A stretch of 60,935 bases of DNA, counting the filler, from Basidiobolus meristosporus CBS 931.73 (Eukaryota > Fungi > Basidiobolomycota), in assembly GCA_002104905.1 (NCBI GenBank). It is 3 parts of 3 records of this genome, joined end to end, with 100 filler letters (N's around TTAATTAATTAA, not from the genome) between each part and the next. Parts side by side here need not be neighbours in the genome. Positions count along the whole stretch, not along the records: positions 29,170 to 47,713 come from MCFE01001058.1; positions 47,814 to 60,935 come from MCFE01001214.1; 1 more part is not named here. One strand, given 5' to 3'. The notes under the pieces were generated by a model, which was given only the letters and a program-made list of their open reading frames with translations, was not told where the DNA came from and did not search any database. Below, piece by piece: positions 38,578 to 50,800 of the stretch (its first letter is position 1; the number at the start of each line of letters is the position of its first letter). The translations under genes and the position numbers were made by a program.

Positions 38578-38926
38578 TGTTGTAAAAATTTGTATTTCCA
38601 CCTAAATATTCACCTAACTTAGTCACTTAGATCATTACCTTCAAATCCTAGAGAATACTGACCAAATTCCTTGTCGGGATTTACTTTGAGAATTTTCATG
38701 TTCTGGATACCTGGTATTTTGGTGAAAATATTCTGAGTTGTCCAAACAGCCCCAAACCTTGCACACATGTTCTTGGGACCTTCCTTAACCTATTCTACAT
38801 GTTAGTAATGCCAAGGCCAGGTAAAAGTATAAATACTACTTTTGCATTCAATAAATCATTAAGTGAAAAGCACATAATCTACTTGTCCTCCCAATCACTT
38901 CCAATATCTCCAAGACTCTTACAACA
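38578..38926 (+). mobile_element. Solo copia LTR (family C) with ATATA target-site duplication
   Basis: TGTTGTAAAA...TTACAACA flanked by ATATA at 38573-38577 and 38927-38931. Confidence 0.93.
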
Positions 38927-38931
38927 ATATA

Positions 38932-41050
38932 GCCTCTGGGCTATCCAATGCTTTTTATTTGAGCAAAATTGATCCACTTTTGGTCAAGTTGAGGTTTTGT
39001 CATTTACGGCAGATCTGGAGTTTCCATATTTCCGGGCAAAAGTCTAATTCACTTAGACAGCTTCACTGTATGTCCATATTTGGCTCAGGGACAGCTACTT
39101 CCATCATATAGACTCTATATGAGGTAAAAGAAATGACCTATATTGGGCCAAGTTAAGGTTTTGTCATTTACACCTGATCCAGATTATCCTCATTTCCTGG
39201 CACAGCGGCACATACAAACATGGCCACAAAAAAGGTTTTTGCTCAGCTCTGAGCTGGGATGGCCTGCTCCCACTTGAACCACATCTGTTTAGTGATTCAT
39301 ATCCACAATAATGATCTAGAATGGTCATCTTTGTCTTCTTTAAGTAGCAATAACTTTCTTTGGACTGATTACTTCATTTGCAGTAGATTCAAAGTCCATT
39401 TGCTTCTTAATTTACCCAGCTTGGTATTGGACAACACCATAGGTTGTTTGGTAGCTATTTTTAGAGTGCTTCTACTGATTTGGATTGATACAGCTACTTT
39501 TGTCTTATCAGGATATACTTGTAGAATAGAAATTGGCACTTTTTCAGAAGTGAAATTCTCCTTAACAAGGGCTTTGATTAACCTTATTCTCCTGATAGTT
39601 ATTTTCAACCTTGAACTTGGTTTGAAAGGCTAACTGATCTTCTCAGTGTCTGCAGAATCCATAAAACCATCTTGGTTGATCCTTGCACCTCTTTCTTTCA
39701 GCTCTATAGACAGCAGACATCAAGACTTCTGCATTAAATAATCTGTTCCAATATATACTACAATATCTGACAGATCCTGTTGAAGTTTCAAGGCTCTTCT
39801 GGGGATTCTGGCTTGAGAACTTTGTACAAGAGGCTCCATAGAGCATATCTGCATTGCCAGATAGTCCAAATATGGCCTACATACGCTTTGGCTCCATTTG
39901 GGAAGTACCCTAGTTTGCCATAGTAGTATTTTCCATTTTTTCTTCTTTTCTTTTTCTTCTGATGACCCAGGGTTAATTCCTTTTGTGGGGTGGTTCAGGA
40001 CTTCCTTGCAGGTGGGACCACAGTGCTTTTGAGCACAAGAGTCTCCATGACATCATTGTTCCAAATATCTGACTATTTGAGAGTGAAATAATCAAAATTG
40101 GCATCCACTTGGATCAGTCATAACTTTTGATAGAGTTGACCAAGTCTGATCAAATAAACTGCATTTGATAGCTAGCTTCATCAATACTTTGGTATCAGAC
40201 TTCAATGTATCAATATCTTGGGTTGCAGAGCTTGGTGGTGATTTGATCAATCAAAATTCTTCTGATCTGATCCAGAGAAGTTAAATATCACCAAGTGTTT
40301 TCTCCCACTGTAATAAGTGATATAAATATAACAAGTATAAAGTACTATGTTATCTTCTGAGTGGCTCTTAGCTGTGTACTGACCAACTGTTGCTTGGTTG
40401 TATACTCCAATCAGGCTTGCAATTATATGCTTCACTCTTTTGACTGGCAGTAGAATCTTCTTGAGTTGATTTTGTTAATTTGTATAATACTTTCTCCCAC
40501 TGTTTTGAGACTTAAACAGAGTGATAGCATGTCTAACAGCTCCATATTTAGCTCCTGGTGCACTGGTCTCAGTATCAAAACACTTGATACAATTATAGCA
40601 TTCTTCCAATGGATTGTGTAGTACATATCTGTACTCCAGGTGGATATATATGTATTTTGTATCATTGGGATCCTTACAATTCTGGGAGCTTGTTTCTGAG
40701 ATCTTTTTCTGTTAATAGGTAGTCCAAAATGGTGGTTAACAGCTCCAGTATTTGCATTCTTAGCCTTATTTTGAGTGGCATCAGATTTGGTAAATTCTTC
40801 CTCCGGCAATCATTCAATGATGATCTATTTTTTTTTGCAATTCAGGATAATATCCTATGCAAAAGCTTGTCTAACAGTCAATTGAGGTCATATGAATATA
40901 TATAGCAATATACTTCATTGTAGATCTGGTCCCTCAATTGCTGGAATTACGCAATTTTCTTCAGTAGTGGTAGAGCACTAACATACTATATTTCTTGACA
41001 TATTTACATGTCAACTTGATAGACTCTCCTTCATAACCAGCCTGAATAGT
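38932..41050 (-). mobile_element. CACTA-family 3' region, third copy
   Basis: 39100-39610 aligns with 9780-10380 and 16808 onward. 39820-40090 aligns with ~17060-17330. Confidence 0.6.
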
Positions 41051-41929
41051 AGCTGAATGAGTCTTTTGCAGGCATGGCCTTCTTCTCCACAGCAATATCC
41101 TCATGAACATAGTCCTTGTAGCAGCAGTAGTAATCTTTAACTTTGGCAGGGCAATAGTGTGGAAAGTATTTCTCCAGACTAGCAGAAAGGATCAAGGGCA
41201 AAGTAGACACCAAGAGGACAGCAAGCTTGGGGCTCATAACCTGTTGCAATACTCTGAGGAGTATTGGAAGTGATGTGGAAAACTAGAGGATTTACATGTT
41301 GTTCACTTGTAGATTTATTGATCAAAAGTATGGTATTTATACTTTTGATAAAGTAGAGCAAACAAACGTGTAGAGTTTGTTAAGGAAGGTCCCAAGAATA
41401 TTTGTGCAAAGTTTGGGGTCTTTTGGACAACTTTGAGAAAAATAATAATCTGGGTACCTGACAATTTGGTGAAAATATTCTAAGTAAATCCCAACAAGAA
41501 ATTTGGTCAGGACAGAATGCTAATCAAAGAATAAGATCTATGTGACTAATTTAGCATGAATATTTTGGTGACAACTTAATAATTACAACAGTTTTCACTT
41601 AATGCTTTATTGAATGTAAAAGTAGTATTTATACTTTTACATGGTCTTGGCATTACAAACATGTAGAATAGGTTAAGGAAGGTCCCAAGAGCATGTGTGC
41701 AAAGTTTGGGGCTGTTTGGACAACTTATCTAATTCTCATGTTCTGGGTAAATATTCTAAGTAAATCCCGACAAGGAATTTGGTAAGTATTCTCTAGGATT
41801 TGAAGTTAATTATCTAAGTGACTAAGTTAGGTGAATATTTAGGTGGAATTACGAATTTTACAACAGAAACCACATAATCTACTTGCTCTCCCAATCACTT
41901 CCAAAATCTCCAAGACTCTGACAGCGCTT

Positions 41930-42070
41930 ATCAGGACTTGATTTTCTTCTTTCTTTATCCAGGAGTTGTTCATATAAATGTTTGAGAGTCAGATCCTCAA
42001 TTCTCATGTATACTAAGCCTCAGAGCCACTTTGGACTAATATTGAGGTAACACACCCATTGGCTTTACCA
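41930..42070 (-). mobile_element. Copia gag remnant at the edge of the transposon block
   Basis: Minus-strand RIEDLTLKHLYEQLLDKE matches family C gag RTEDLTLNYLYGRLLDEE. Confidence 0.6.
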
Positions 42071-44291
42071 ATTTCCCTTAAAGTATATATATTTTACTTG
42101 AGCTCAGTAGACCAAGAAGTGAATACCATGAAATTCATTTAGTCCAGTATCTTGCAACAAATGGTAGGTATACTTTACAGAGTCTTGGGAAAGTCAACAC
42201 GTAGATGTGCTTAGAAAGTTCTCAAAAAAATATGTGAAAGGTTTGAAGACTAAGTGAATGACAATATTTACGCGGAAATACAAAAATCACAACAAAAACA
42301 AGATGCTTTAACACCTATTCCTTGAATATACTGAAATCTGGTCAAAGAAGTCACTTGGAATACCCTGCCCGATATTTATATATTGACAAAATTTACACTG
42401 TATCTATTGTTCCATAGAAATTTTAGTAAACTGACCAATAGACTCAAACTGTGCACACATCTTTTCGACACTATTTTGGAATGCATTCTTGGGCTTGATT
42501 TGCAGAGTTTGATCCGATAAACACTCCTGAGCCAACACTGAAGATCGCTTTCTGGCAAACACTGCTAAATCGCTATCAAATCGGCACCCAGCCTCCAAAG
42601 AGCCAGGACTAGTGGTAGTATTGCGAAACCCAGTGCGCAATATCTGGATTCGATCTAAGCGGGACCACACTACAACTGCAAAAAATACCCCGGCAGAATA
42701 AGGAGTGGGATTTCTCGCCAGGACACCCCTTGAGACATATGAGCCATAAAAAGTTTGAGAAAAAAGGCGGGCTTTGTTTCGTTGCGGAGGCTGCGTGCGC
42801 TATATATTATGAAGTATATATATTTCGATGGGATTTCGGTTCCTCCAAGCTCCCAAGTGGCCAGAATGGAAGAAACTTCGAGACTATGCCAAGCATTGGA
42901 ATGCCAAGATACATTGGGATCGGGTATCAATGGACCGTGAACAGCACCACGTGTCAGAAGGGGTCTTGTCCCACCTATCCTTTTTCTAACAGGCCGATGT
43001 AACTGTTGCTGATGGTCTTATGGTGTGGGACTACGTAGCGTTTTCTCTGTGGTTTGAAGTTTAGCAGAGGAAACACCTCATAGCCAACAACAAGGAAAGT
43101 TCGACTAAAGTAAGTAGCGAATCTGTTTGAACAAACGGGCGGAACCTATGCACATCAACCCTGGAGATGCTCTCCGGCGGTAACCGGAGCCAGGGAAACC
43201 CGGAGTTGCTCCGAAATCCAACCTAAGCCGCCCATTCCCTCAGCACCACTCATGGACAAGGCGTACCATCCGCTAAATGGTCCATGGTTCCGAGGTATCA
43301 GCCCACTTCATTGTCGAAGAGGTATCAGCCATAAAGCCATTTCCCCGTAGAAGGTGGGACTCCTGTCCTGTCCAGGAGGAGGACGCGACGTTTAGTAGAC
43401 ACATAGCCCTCCATATTTCCTGGCCACATATAGTCAGAGTATCCATGTCATGATGACGCTGGATCCGGTGCCTTTGTCAGTTGCAGCGTGGGATAGAAAA
43501 TTTTGCAAGGACCTGCTACACCATCGGATTCCACATGTCCCACCTTGAGCTGGTAATGCTGGATTAGATCACAACTTTAATTGCTATGACAACAGGTTGG
43601 CGAGGGGAATCCATATGATGAAATAACCGGCTATTCCGGATTCCCACATCAGGATTAGCTTGGGAAAACATGACACTTGACGGAGTCGTCAGTGCTGGGT
43701 AATGGCTCAACGAGATCGTTGATAGGGGCTGATAGAAGAGGGAAATGGAAGCCCACCAAGCAGCCCATGCTGCACCTTCTCGTGGTACCAAAAATGGGCA
43801 CCGACTGATGAGTTGACAGCGGACATTATGTCATATCTATGGTACATACAATACTGATCTCGGTGGAAATCGGGTGATTTGGAATATTCGCCGAAAGATT
43901 GATCTTTCCAAATGAATCCCACTTGGCAACACGCCCAACGTCCGAGCGCTGATTGGATGGCCACGACTGAGTGGATCCAACGTGGGCGAGCGCAAAAAAT
44001 GCATCCCCTCAGCACAAGACCAATATGGGGCTCCATTTGAGTGTGACTAAATATGGTTGTGTATTCCCAAGTCAGGACCTGCTTCGCTCACGTAATAGAA
44101 TTTGTGGCCAACTCAGCCCCATATGGGCAAATGGATAATGGATATCATGCGATTTATTCATTGATCTAGTCGTGTGAGGGAGGTATGGTACAGTTATTGG
44201 AATGCAATCAGGCTGGGCTGAATTAGTTAGATGTGGTTAATGCGTATATTACATGGGAATGGGGGAGTGAGGATGTGAGTGAGGAGCGAGT

Positions 44292-45500
44292 TCACAAGGC
44301 CAGTGATTGAAACCATGGATCCTCGAAAATATCGTCAACTGAAGGACGATTCTCCGGGTTGGGATCCAACATCTTCCTGATGAGGCTGACTGACTCCTGA
44401 GGAAGCACTCGGAAGAACTCATCTTTGTCCCGGTTCTGAAGGAACTTCACGTAACTACTGTCAGACTCCAGCGCTACTTTCCAAGGGAACTTACGGAGCA
44501 CCATGACTGCATACACAACTCCGGCTGACCATATATCGGCCTTGGTGGCGTCGTACCCTTTTCTAGCATGAACCTCCGGTGCGATGTATGGGTCGGTCCC
44601 GACTAGAGAGGTGGCGGACTTCTGGTGGAGTGAATCGAGAGGGTTGGTCACAATAAAGCTACTTCCAAAATCGATAATCTTCAATGTGCCATGCTCATCC
44701 ACACACAAGTTCTCCAACTTGAGGTCTCTATGGGCAACTCCGCGGTGATGGAGATATTGTAGGCCCCTCATCATCTGAACGAAGTATCCATTAATTTCCT
44801 CTTGAGTTGTTTGTCCGCCTTTAATGATGGTGACTAGATCGTTAGGACAGAACTCCATCACTTGATGAATCTGACCTTCCTCCATTACGACGTCGATTGT
44901 ACGAATGATGTTGGGATGAGAAAGTGAAGCGCCAATGTATATCTCGTTACTGATTCGTTCGAAATAGTGCTTATCTTTCTGTCCCTCATGTTTGGCTTTG
45001 TATGTCTTGACTGCATACTTTTTACCATCACGCAAGGAGTATGTGGAGCGCACATTACCGCTGGCTCCGTTACCCATGTATTCGGAGAATGATCCGTACA
45101 ACTCCGAGATGGAGGGGAGGTCCCGCTTCTTCAATGCATCCAATAAGGGAAGCTGGTTGGACTCGACCTTTTTGCTGGACTTGGCTTTGGCCTTTAGGAG
45201 GTTGGAAAGCTTGAAATGCTTCTTTTTGGACTGTTTCTTGGTTGCAGAGAAAACAAACCGCTCAGGAATCAAGTCCTCCGAAACTCCAGAATACTGGGAG
45301 TCGCTGGAGGTGAATGTGGAGAAAGAAGAGAGGCTGGTTTTGTGGGAATCGGCAAGGGAGAACGAAACCTGACTGTATGAGTGATATGGGATTTGAAGGC
45401 CCTTGTTGGGTGCAACGAAGTTTGAATTGATGTGGGTTTGCGTGTAAGGCTTGTTGTTGTTATTGTTCACAATTGTGTATACAACTTCAGGGACTTGCAT
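44292..45500 (-). CDS. Ser/Thr protein kinase, Hal4/Sat4/Hrk1/Npr1 (HAL) family, 402 aa, intronless
   Basis: GNGASGNV, YAVK, EIYIGASLSHPNII, VMEFCP, VAHRDLKLENL, IIDFG, VGTDPYIAPE, DIWSAG, KFPWKVA. Ser-rich N-terminus. Confidence 0.93.
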   Translation of the reverse strand: MQVPEVVYTIVNNNNNKPYTQTHINSNFVAPNKGLQIPYHSYSQVSFSLADSHKTSLSSFSTFTSSDSQYSGVSEDLIPERFVFSATKKQSKKKHFKLSNLLKAKAKSSKKVESNQLPLLDALKKRDLPSISELYGSFSEYMGNGASGNVRSTYSLRDGKKYAVKTYKAKHEGQKDKHYFERISNEIYIGASLSHPNIIRTIDVVMEEGQIHQVMEFCPNDLVTIIKGGQTTQEEINGYFVQMMRGLQYLHHRGVAHRDLKLENLCVDEHGTLKIIDFGSSFIVTNPLDSLHQKSATSLVGTDPYIAPEVHARKGYDATKADIWSAGVVYAVMVLRKFPWKVALESDSSYVKFLQNRDKDEFFRVLPQESVSLIRKMLDPNPENRPSVDDIFEDPWFQSLAL

Positions 45501-45566
45501 CTTAATGCTACAATGGAATCCAAGAACTACTGTGTATTGATGTCGCTTACAAGGCAGGACGGTGCC

Positions 45567-45574
45567 TATTTATA
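45567..45574 (-). promoter_or_regulatory. TATA box candidate for the kinase gene
   Basis: TATAAATA on the minus strand, 67 bp upstream of the ATG, in a CpG-containing context. Confidence 0.5.
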
Positions 45575-47482
45575 GCGGTCGAAATTGGCATTCGGATTTT
45601 CTCCTCCGTGGCCGAGGTTATTCCGGTGGATCAAATTTGCTAATTATTGTATCAGTAATACCTAGTCATCTCCATAGCATCGATCAAATTTGTTGTAGGC
45701 GGCCGGGAAATTTCCCGGATGTGTATATCTTTTGATTAACTTAGTCCATTTGGATTAGAGCGCCAAAACGGCCAATGGTGCTCCGGAGGTAGCGCTTGCT
45801 CATTACTGCGGATTGTGCGATTGCTGAGAGCAGGCTTCGAACCTCTTCAGGGACCAATGGTAATCCCGATATAGCCCATTTGAATATCACCCAGGTAGGC
45901 ATGGCACAGAAGCTAGTCGTGATTTTGCCGGCGAATAGTCGATCTGGTTTGCAGTGGTTTTCACGATCGCAGGCTGGTGTTCAGAATTACTAATAATGCC
46001 AACTATGCCAGCAATGCCACAACCAGATGGAAAACTGATTAGATTAGAACCTCCAATCGGGTCCCCGTTGTATGAGTATATGCTCGCAGGAGCATGACGG
46101 GGCATCTGATAGAGCTACGCTGTACTGATTGGTAGCAGGGGCCTTGTGAGTTGCTTACTAAGTTGATGGCAGTCTGGCAATTCGGAGTCTGCGGATTTCC
46201 AGCAATAAGGATGCTAAGGATGGTAGCAGAGCATGTTCATTCATCCACCGGTTTCTGATTGAAGTTGGCAATACTAAATTTTGCATCGATGTTTCTCGCT
46301 GACTGGAGTTAGGGGTCGTCTAATGAATTACGAACAGTGGCTAGAAAATCCGGATTAGGATACCCCTGGCTCTGACTCTCCAGCAGCATAGATCTCGATG
46401 TAATGCTCCTAGATGATTCATCGCAAGATCTTCCGCCTCTTATTTCGACTGTTGCTTCTTACTGATGACGACAGGGGTATTGAGGCGCAACTCTCCTTGG
46501 CCAATCCATCCTTCTGTAATGAAGGGCCATGCAATATCGTCACTGCTTCGTTCAGAGTAGAGTTCACCTCATCTTGTTCTTGACTGTGCTATACATGTTG
46601 ACTGCATCCACGCAGGGAAAGCCTTTCCGCAAGCCTCGCTGGCCGCACTCCGGAAGGCAAAGGGAATCCCGGTTTTCGATGCATCCAATATAGAGCGAAA
46701 GGTATGTGGTGATACACACCAGCAGTAATCAAGGATGCATTCAATCCCACACTAAATATAGATTAGTGACATGAACGCGCTTACCTGTCAATACAACGTA
46801 ATTGAAGCATTGGCAAATGTGGCAACCAGCCCACTGTTTTGTTGGACAATATGATTAGAGTAATCTACTGAACAACTAAAAGCATATTCTAGAAATATTG
46901 CACCAATATGCGCGCACTCTATCTTGATCAGATTAGAGGGATCTTATAGGAGCTCCCGGAGAAACTTCTCCGTTCCTCCATCTCCGCTTTTGGTTGGGGT
47001 GACTGGTGGCCCCCCTAAATATCCCTGCCCATCGTAGAAAAAAATCCATAGCTTATTTGAGTCATGACAATGACATAAGAGAGTTAGCTTGCGTTCAAAG
47101 CATATCGATCGAGAGCCGCAGAAGGATTATTCATCTAGGTTGGAAAACACGTGGAAAACACTACCACTACACAACGATGGCAGGCAGGGGGCCATTGTTG
47201 GGCGAATTTTCTTGACGAATGAGGATCCAGAGCAAGCTAATCAAAATATTGATTACCAAAAGATCCACTTGGCCATCATTAGTAATGGTTTCCGCAGGCA
47301 TCTATGTATGGTGCACCCTCCAATTTCGATATATATCTCCTAGGAGTGCGCTCAGATGTATTATCTCCGATCCCATCCAGTCTTGCACTCCTTCCTCAAC
47401 ACCAGCAAAGTGCATCTTGCATTGACATCCACATTGGCCTCGGATAATCATCAGTATATTAAACCGTCAGGCACGAAGGAAA

Positions 47483-47713
47483 ATGCTCCATTCCGAAGCC
47501 TCTGATAAAAGTCTCTTTCAGGAGAAACCGTTCTATGTATCAACCAACAAAGCTCCCTTCTCTACTTTTGACTTCAAAGCCACTACCAACTTCACCCTCC
47601 CCGTCGCACATGGACTATCCACATTCTCGACCCTTGCCTCAGACGAGTCGCTCAAGGATTCCGAGGTTACTAAAGTTGATATCTCAGAGCTGTCTCAAAT
47701 CTCCCGTCGATTT
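47483..47713 (+). CDS. Partial ORF cut by an assembly gap, possibly the N-terminus of a paralogous HAL kinase
   Basis: Open until the gap, C-ending codon bias. GLSTFSTLASDES...RRF resembles SLSSFSTFTSSDS...ERF in the neighbouring kinase. Confidence 0.3.
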
Positions 47714-47813
47714 NNNNNNNNNNNNNNNNNNNNNNNNNNNNNNNNNNNNNNNNNNNNTTAATTAATTAANNNNNNNNNNNNNNNNNNNNNNNNNNNNNNN
47801 NNNNNNNNNNNNN
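47714..47813. other. Assembly gap with TTAATTAATTAA filler
   Basis: Run of N with the 12-mer at 47758-47769. Confidence 0.95.
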
Positions 47814-50800
47814 TAGGCCAAATATCCCGTCTACAAGGTCTCCGCTACTCAGCCTTGCATCTGGAGATCACCATTCTGCAAAGTGGTAGCCATGCTTACT
47901 TGACTTCCGTATTCTGTTTATTGAACGTACTGGCACACGCAAAGCCAACGTTTGAGAATTGAAAGTACTTTGCTAGATGCTTGAACCTGGGTCAAAAGCA
48001 TGGAAAAGTAATAGATCTCCCAGAAGACAGCGTGAGTTAGTTTTTTATCCACGATGCGTTTTTGCGTTGTATCATTCATTTCCATCGTATTGAAAATGCG
48101 CAGTTTTCTATCACCCGTGTGCTTGATTATTGGCTTACGGAATGGCTGTGAATCCAACCAACAGGTGGTTTTAGGTGATTTCAGTACACTCTGTATGTTG
48201 CTAAAGCCACATCAGAGATCCAATCGGCTCGATATCAAACAGTGGAATACGCAATCCCGGTTTTAAAAACATCGGTATTTTCTTTGTAATTCTTAATATC
48301 AGTCATAGCCAAATCCAGGTCCTACAAGAAATTACCGAAGCGCGCATTCCATTAATCTCTATCTTAGTGGTTGACCAGCCAGTCTCTACTAACTAGGATC
48401 TTTAGTGGTAATCTTGATAACCCAAATCTGGTATATCGAAACAGCTGGACGTTTCCACAGCGGCTATTTCTTGCACCTATGTCTTCAAACCCTCCTTTGT
48501 CTATTACCAGAGAACCGTGTTCTCATCAATGCGGCCCCGGCACAATCTTGTGTTGATTAGTACTCAACAAACGGATTTTCTACGGCCAATCACAAAGGTC
48601 TAATTCGACTCATATTCTAGTGTTAGATAGTATACAACAAACAGACTATCTATGACTGTTTGTGGGCCCAGAGTTGATGCTGCTTAATCTGGAATCAACA
48701 CTACACAGCTACTGGTCCAAATTAGGGAATGTTGCAGAAATGGAAATGGCTCGAGATGCTTGGAGTGAAGTGATTGACTCCAAAGCACCACTGGAAAACT
48801 GAGTACAGCAACCCTAGTGCATACGATGCTACGTATAAGGAGTGGATAAGTCAATGCCAAAGAATACTGTATAAAAGGAGCGCTGTCAATTACCAATCTT
48901 TGTAATACTTTCCACTTTCCAGAAGCCTCACCGTTAAGCCGATTATTCTGCCTGCGAGGTCTCCGCTGCTCCCTTGCATCTGGAGCTCACTATTTTGCAA
49001 AGTGGCTGCTATGCTCACTTGGCCTCCAGTTTATGTCAGGCTACATCTGAATACCGGGCCGTAGAGGAAATGCCAATGTATCGATTGTAATGATCAGAAA
49101 TGCAACGCGGAATAAAACGTTTACCAGTGATATTTTTGTATTTTGTTTATTGAGGATACTGGCACGTACTAAGCTCAAGTTTGAGAATGAACAGTCCTTT
49201 GCTAGATTCATGAACTTGGGTCAAAGACAAGGGAAGAAATCGAACCCAGTGCAAACAATGTGAGCTTGGTTTTCCGGTAACGTGTTATTACATCCTCAAA
49301 AGAAATCATTTCCATCATGTTGGAAATGCATAGTTTTGTATCACCCTGTATGCCTAATTATTGGTTTATGGTACATGCAGTGAATCCAACCAACAGGCGC
49401 TATCAGGTAGTTTCAGAACGAAGCTGGTTAAACTAAATATTTACAACATGAATAAAGCAAGATTTGGAGTAGTAGATAATAACTAACCACATTGACAGGG
49501 ACCGAGGCTTGGCACTTTTAGATAAAACCCCATGAGGTTACGAGAATCATCAATATATCACCAATTGCCACAGCTGAATATAATACACTAGTTGTAAATC
49601 AGTTTGCTTAATTTTGCAGAAAGACAAGACTGTTGACATATAATTGTGATATTGATACAGTTGCTATCACTGAAATATTGATACAGTTGCTATCACTGAA
49701 ATATTGATACAGTTGCTATCACTGAAAAGTTGAATTAATCTGCTGATTGCTAATACGAGATTCAAACCTGAGACATGGAGATTTCAGTCTTCAATAAATA
49801 TTCTATCTTGATGCAGTTTCATTGCGTCAAAAAGAGTATATCAAGCATCTTCGTGTATGCTAGATACTCTGGCTAGATATGCTATTTAAGGACCATGTGC
49901 ACTAGACCCATAAGCAGACAGAATGGAGGTGGTCAATTTCAAGTGTGACAAGTTCTCGGCACTTTCACTGCTATCCAAACAATTGATAAAGCTTTTTTGA
50001 AGCATCTTATGTAGAGTAACCGTCAATTTAAAGCAAGCTGAACACGAATGATGTCTCCTGAAATGCCAAAACTATTCTAATTATGAGAGGAATCCCATTA
50101 CAAATACACAGCATGAAACAATTTGCACGATTTTCAAATCCAAGCTTGCACAGAGAGAAGGATGGCATATTTGCCAGGTGCTCTCTGATATCTTGAGAGT
50201 TTTGCTTTTCAAAGTAGGAATATCCCCCATAATCAATATTATTGTGAAACTGACAACGTGGATGTAAGAGCAACTACCTAGTGCTTAAAAGGGATATACA
50301 ATCGAACGATTAATGATTTAATTGGGGATTGCGATGTCTAGACTCAGAATAATAGAATTCGCATGCTGAGCCTAAGAAGATTGCTATTTTCTCCACAGCT
50401 ATTATCAGCGGTGGCCAAATCTTATTTTTGGAGGATGTATTCAATAATTGGAGGGGCCGCACATACCTTCCAATCCAATCTTGGCAATTACCATCACAAT
50501 CAATACAAACTAGGTATTTCCTTGGTAACCTTGATATACCAAATATGAGAAATCGGAGAATATGGGCACCTCATAGCAGATACCAATTATAAAGCAAAAT
50601 TCTCGTTCCGGTACTATCAATACTATTGTGAGAGGGTAGGTGATTTACAAAGCAGTGCAATTACCAACTCTACAGTGCTGCTAGAATGTTGTTGGCCAGA
50701 ATCCCGGAACAAAGATTTTCATCCCATGGTGCCACATGCAAGGGTTGGGTCAATTCTTGCCATAGGTGCACTATAAAATGAGGAGTATTGCTTGACAAAC

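Larger units (their letters stand above)
37933..41590 (-). mobile_element. Non-autonomous copia-type element (family D LTRs) with non-retroviral interior
   Basis: LTRs 37933-38280 and 41242-41590 (about 20 differences by eye). GTTTT duplication at 37928-37932 and 41591-41595. Perfect PBS 41230-41241. Gag stub to ~41100. PPT 38281-38292. Confidence 0.85.
33736..41865 (-). mobile_element. Ty1/copia element (family C), best-preserved copy, 5' LTR split by an insertion
   Basis: Truncated 3' LTR 33736-33901. PPT 33902-33913. RNase H. RT LALYVDDLII (34667-35110). Integrase SDNSGEY and PQQNGV (35929-36423). Protease ~37000-37040. Gag to ~37850. PBS 37860-37871. 5' LTR 37872-37932 plus 41591-41865. 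Confidence 0.93.

Noticed and set aside
42376-44200. CpG-rich, gene-like stretch with short ORFs
   Set aside because: All frames are interrupted and I recognise no motif. It may be a decayed gene but cannot be supported without a search.
45796-47430. Short ORFs upstream of the kinase
   Set aside because: No recognisable domain or splice structure; could be regulatory or decayed sequence.
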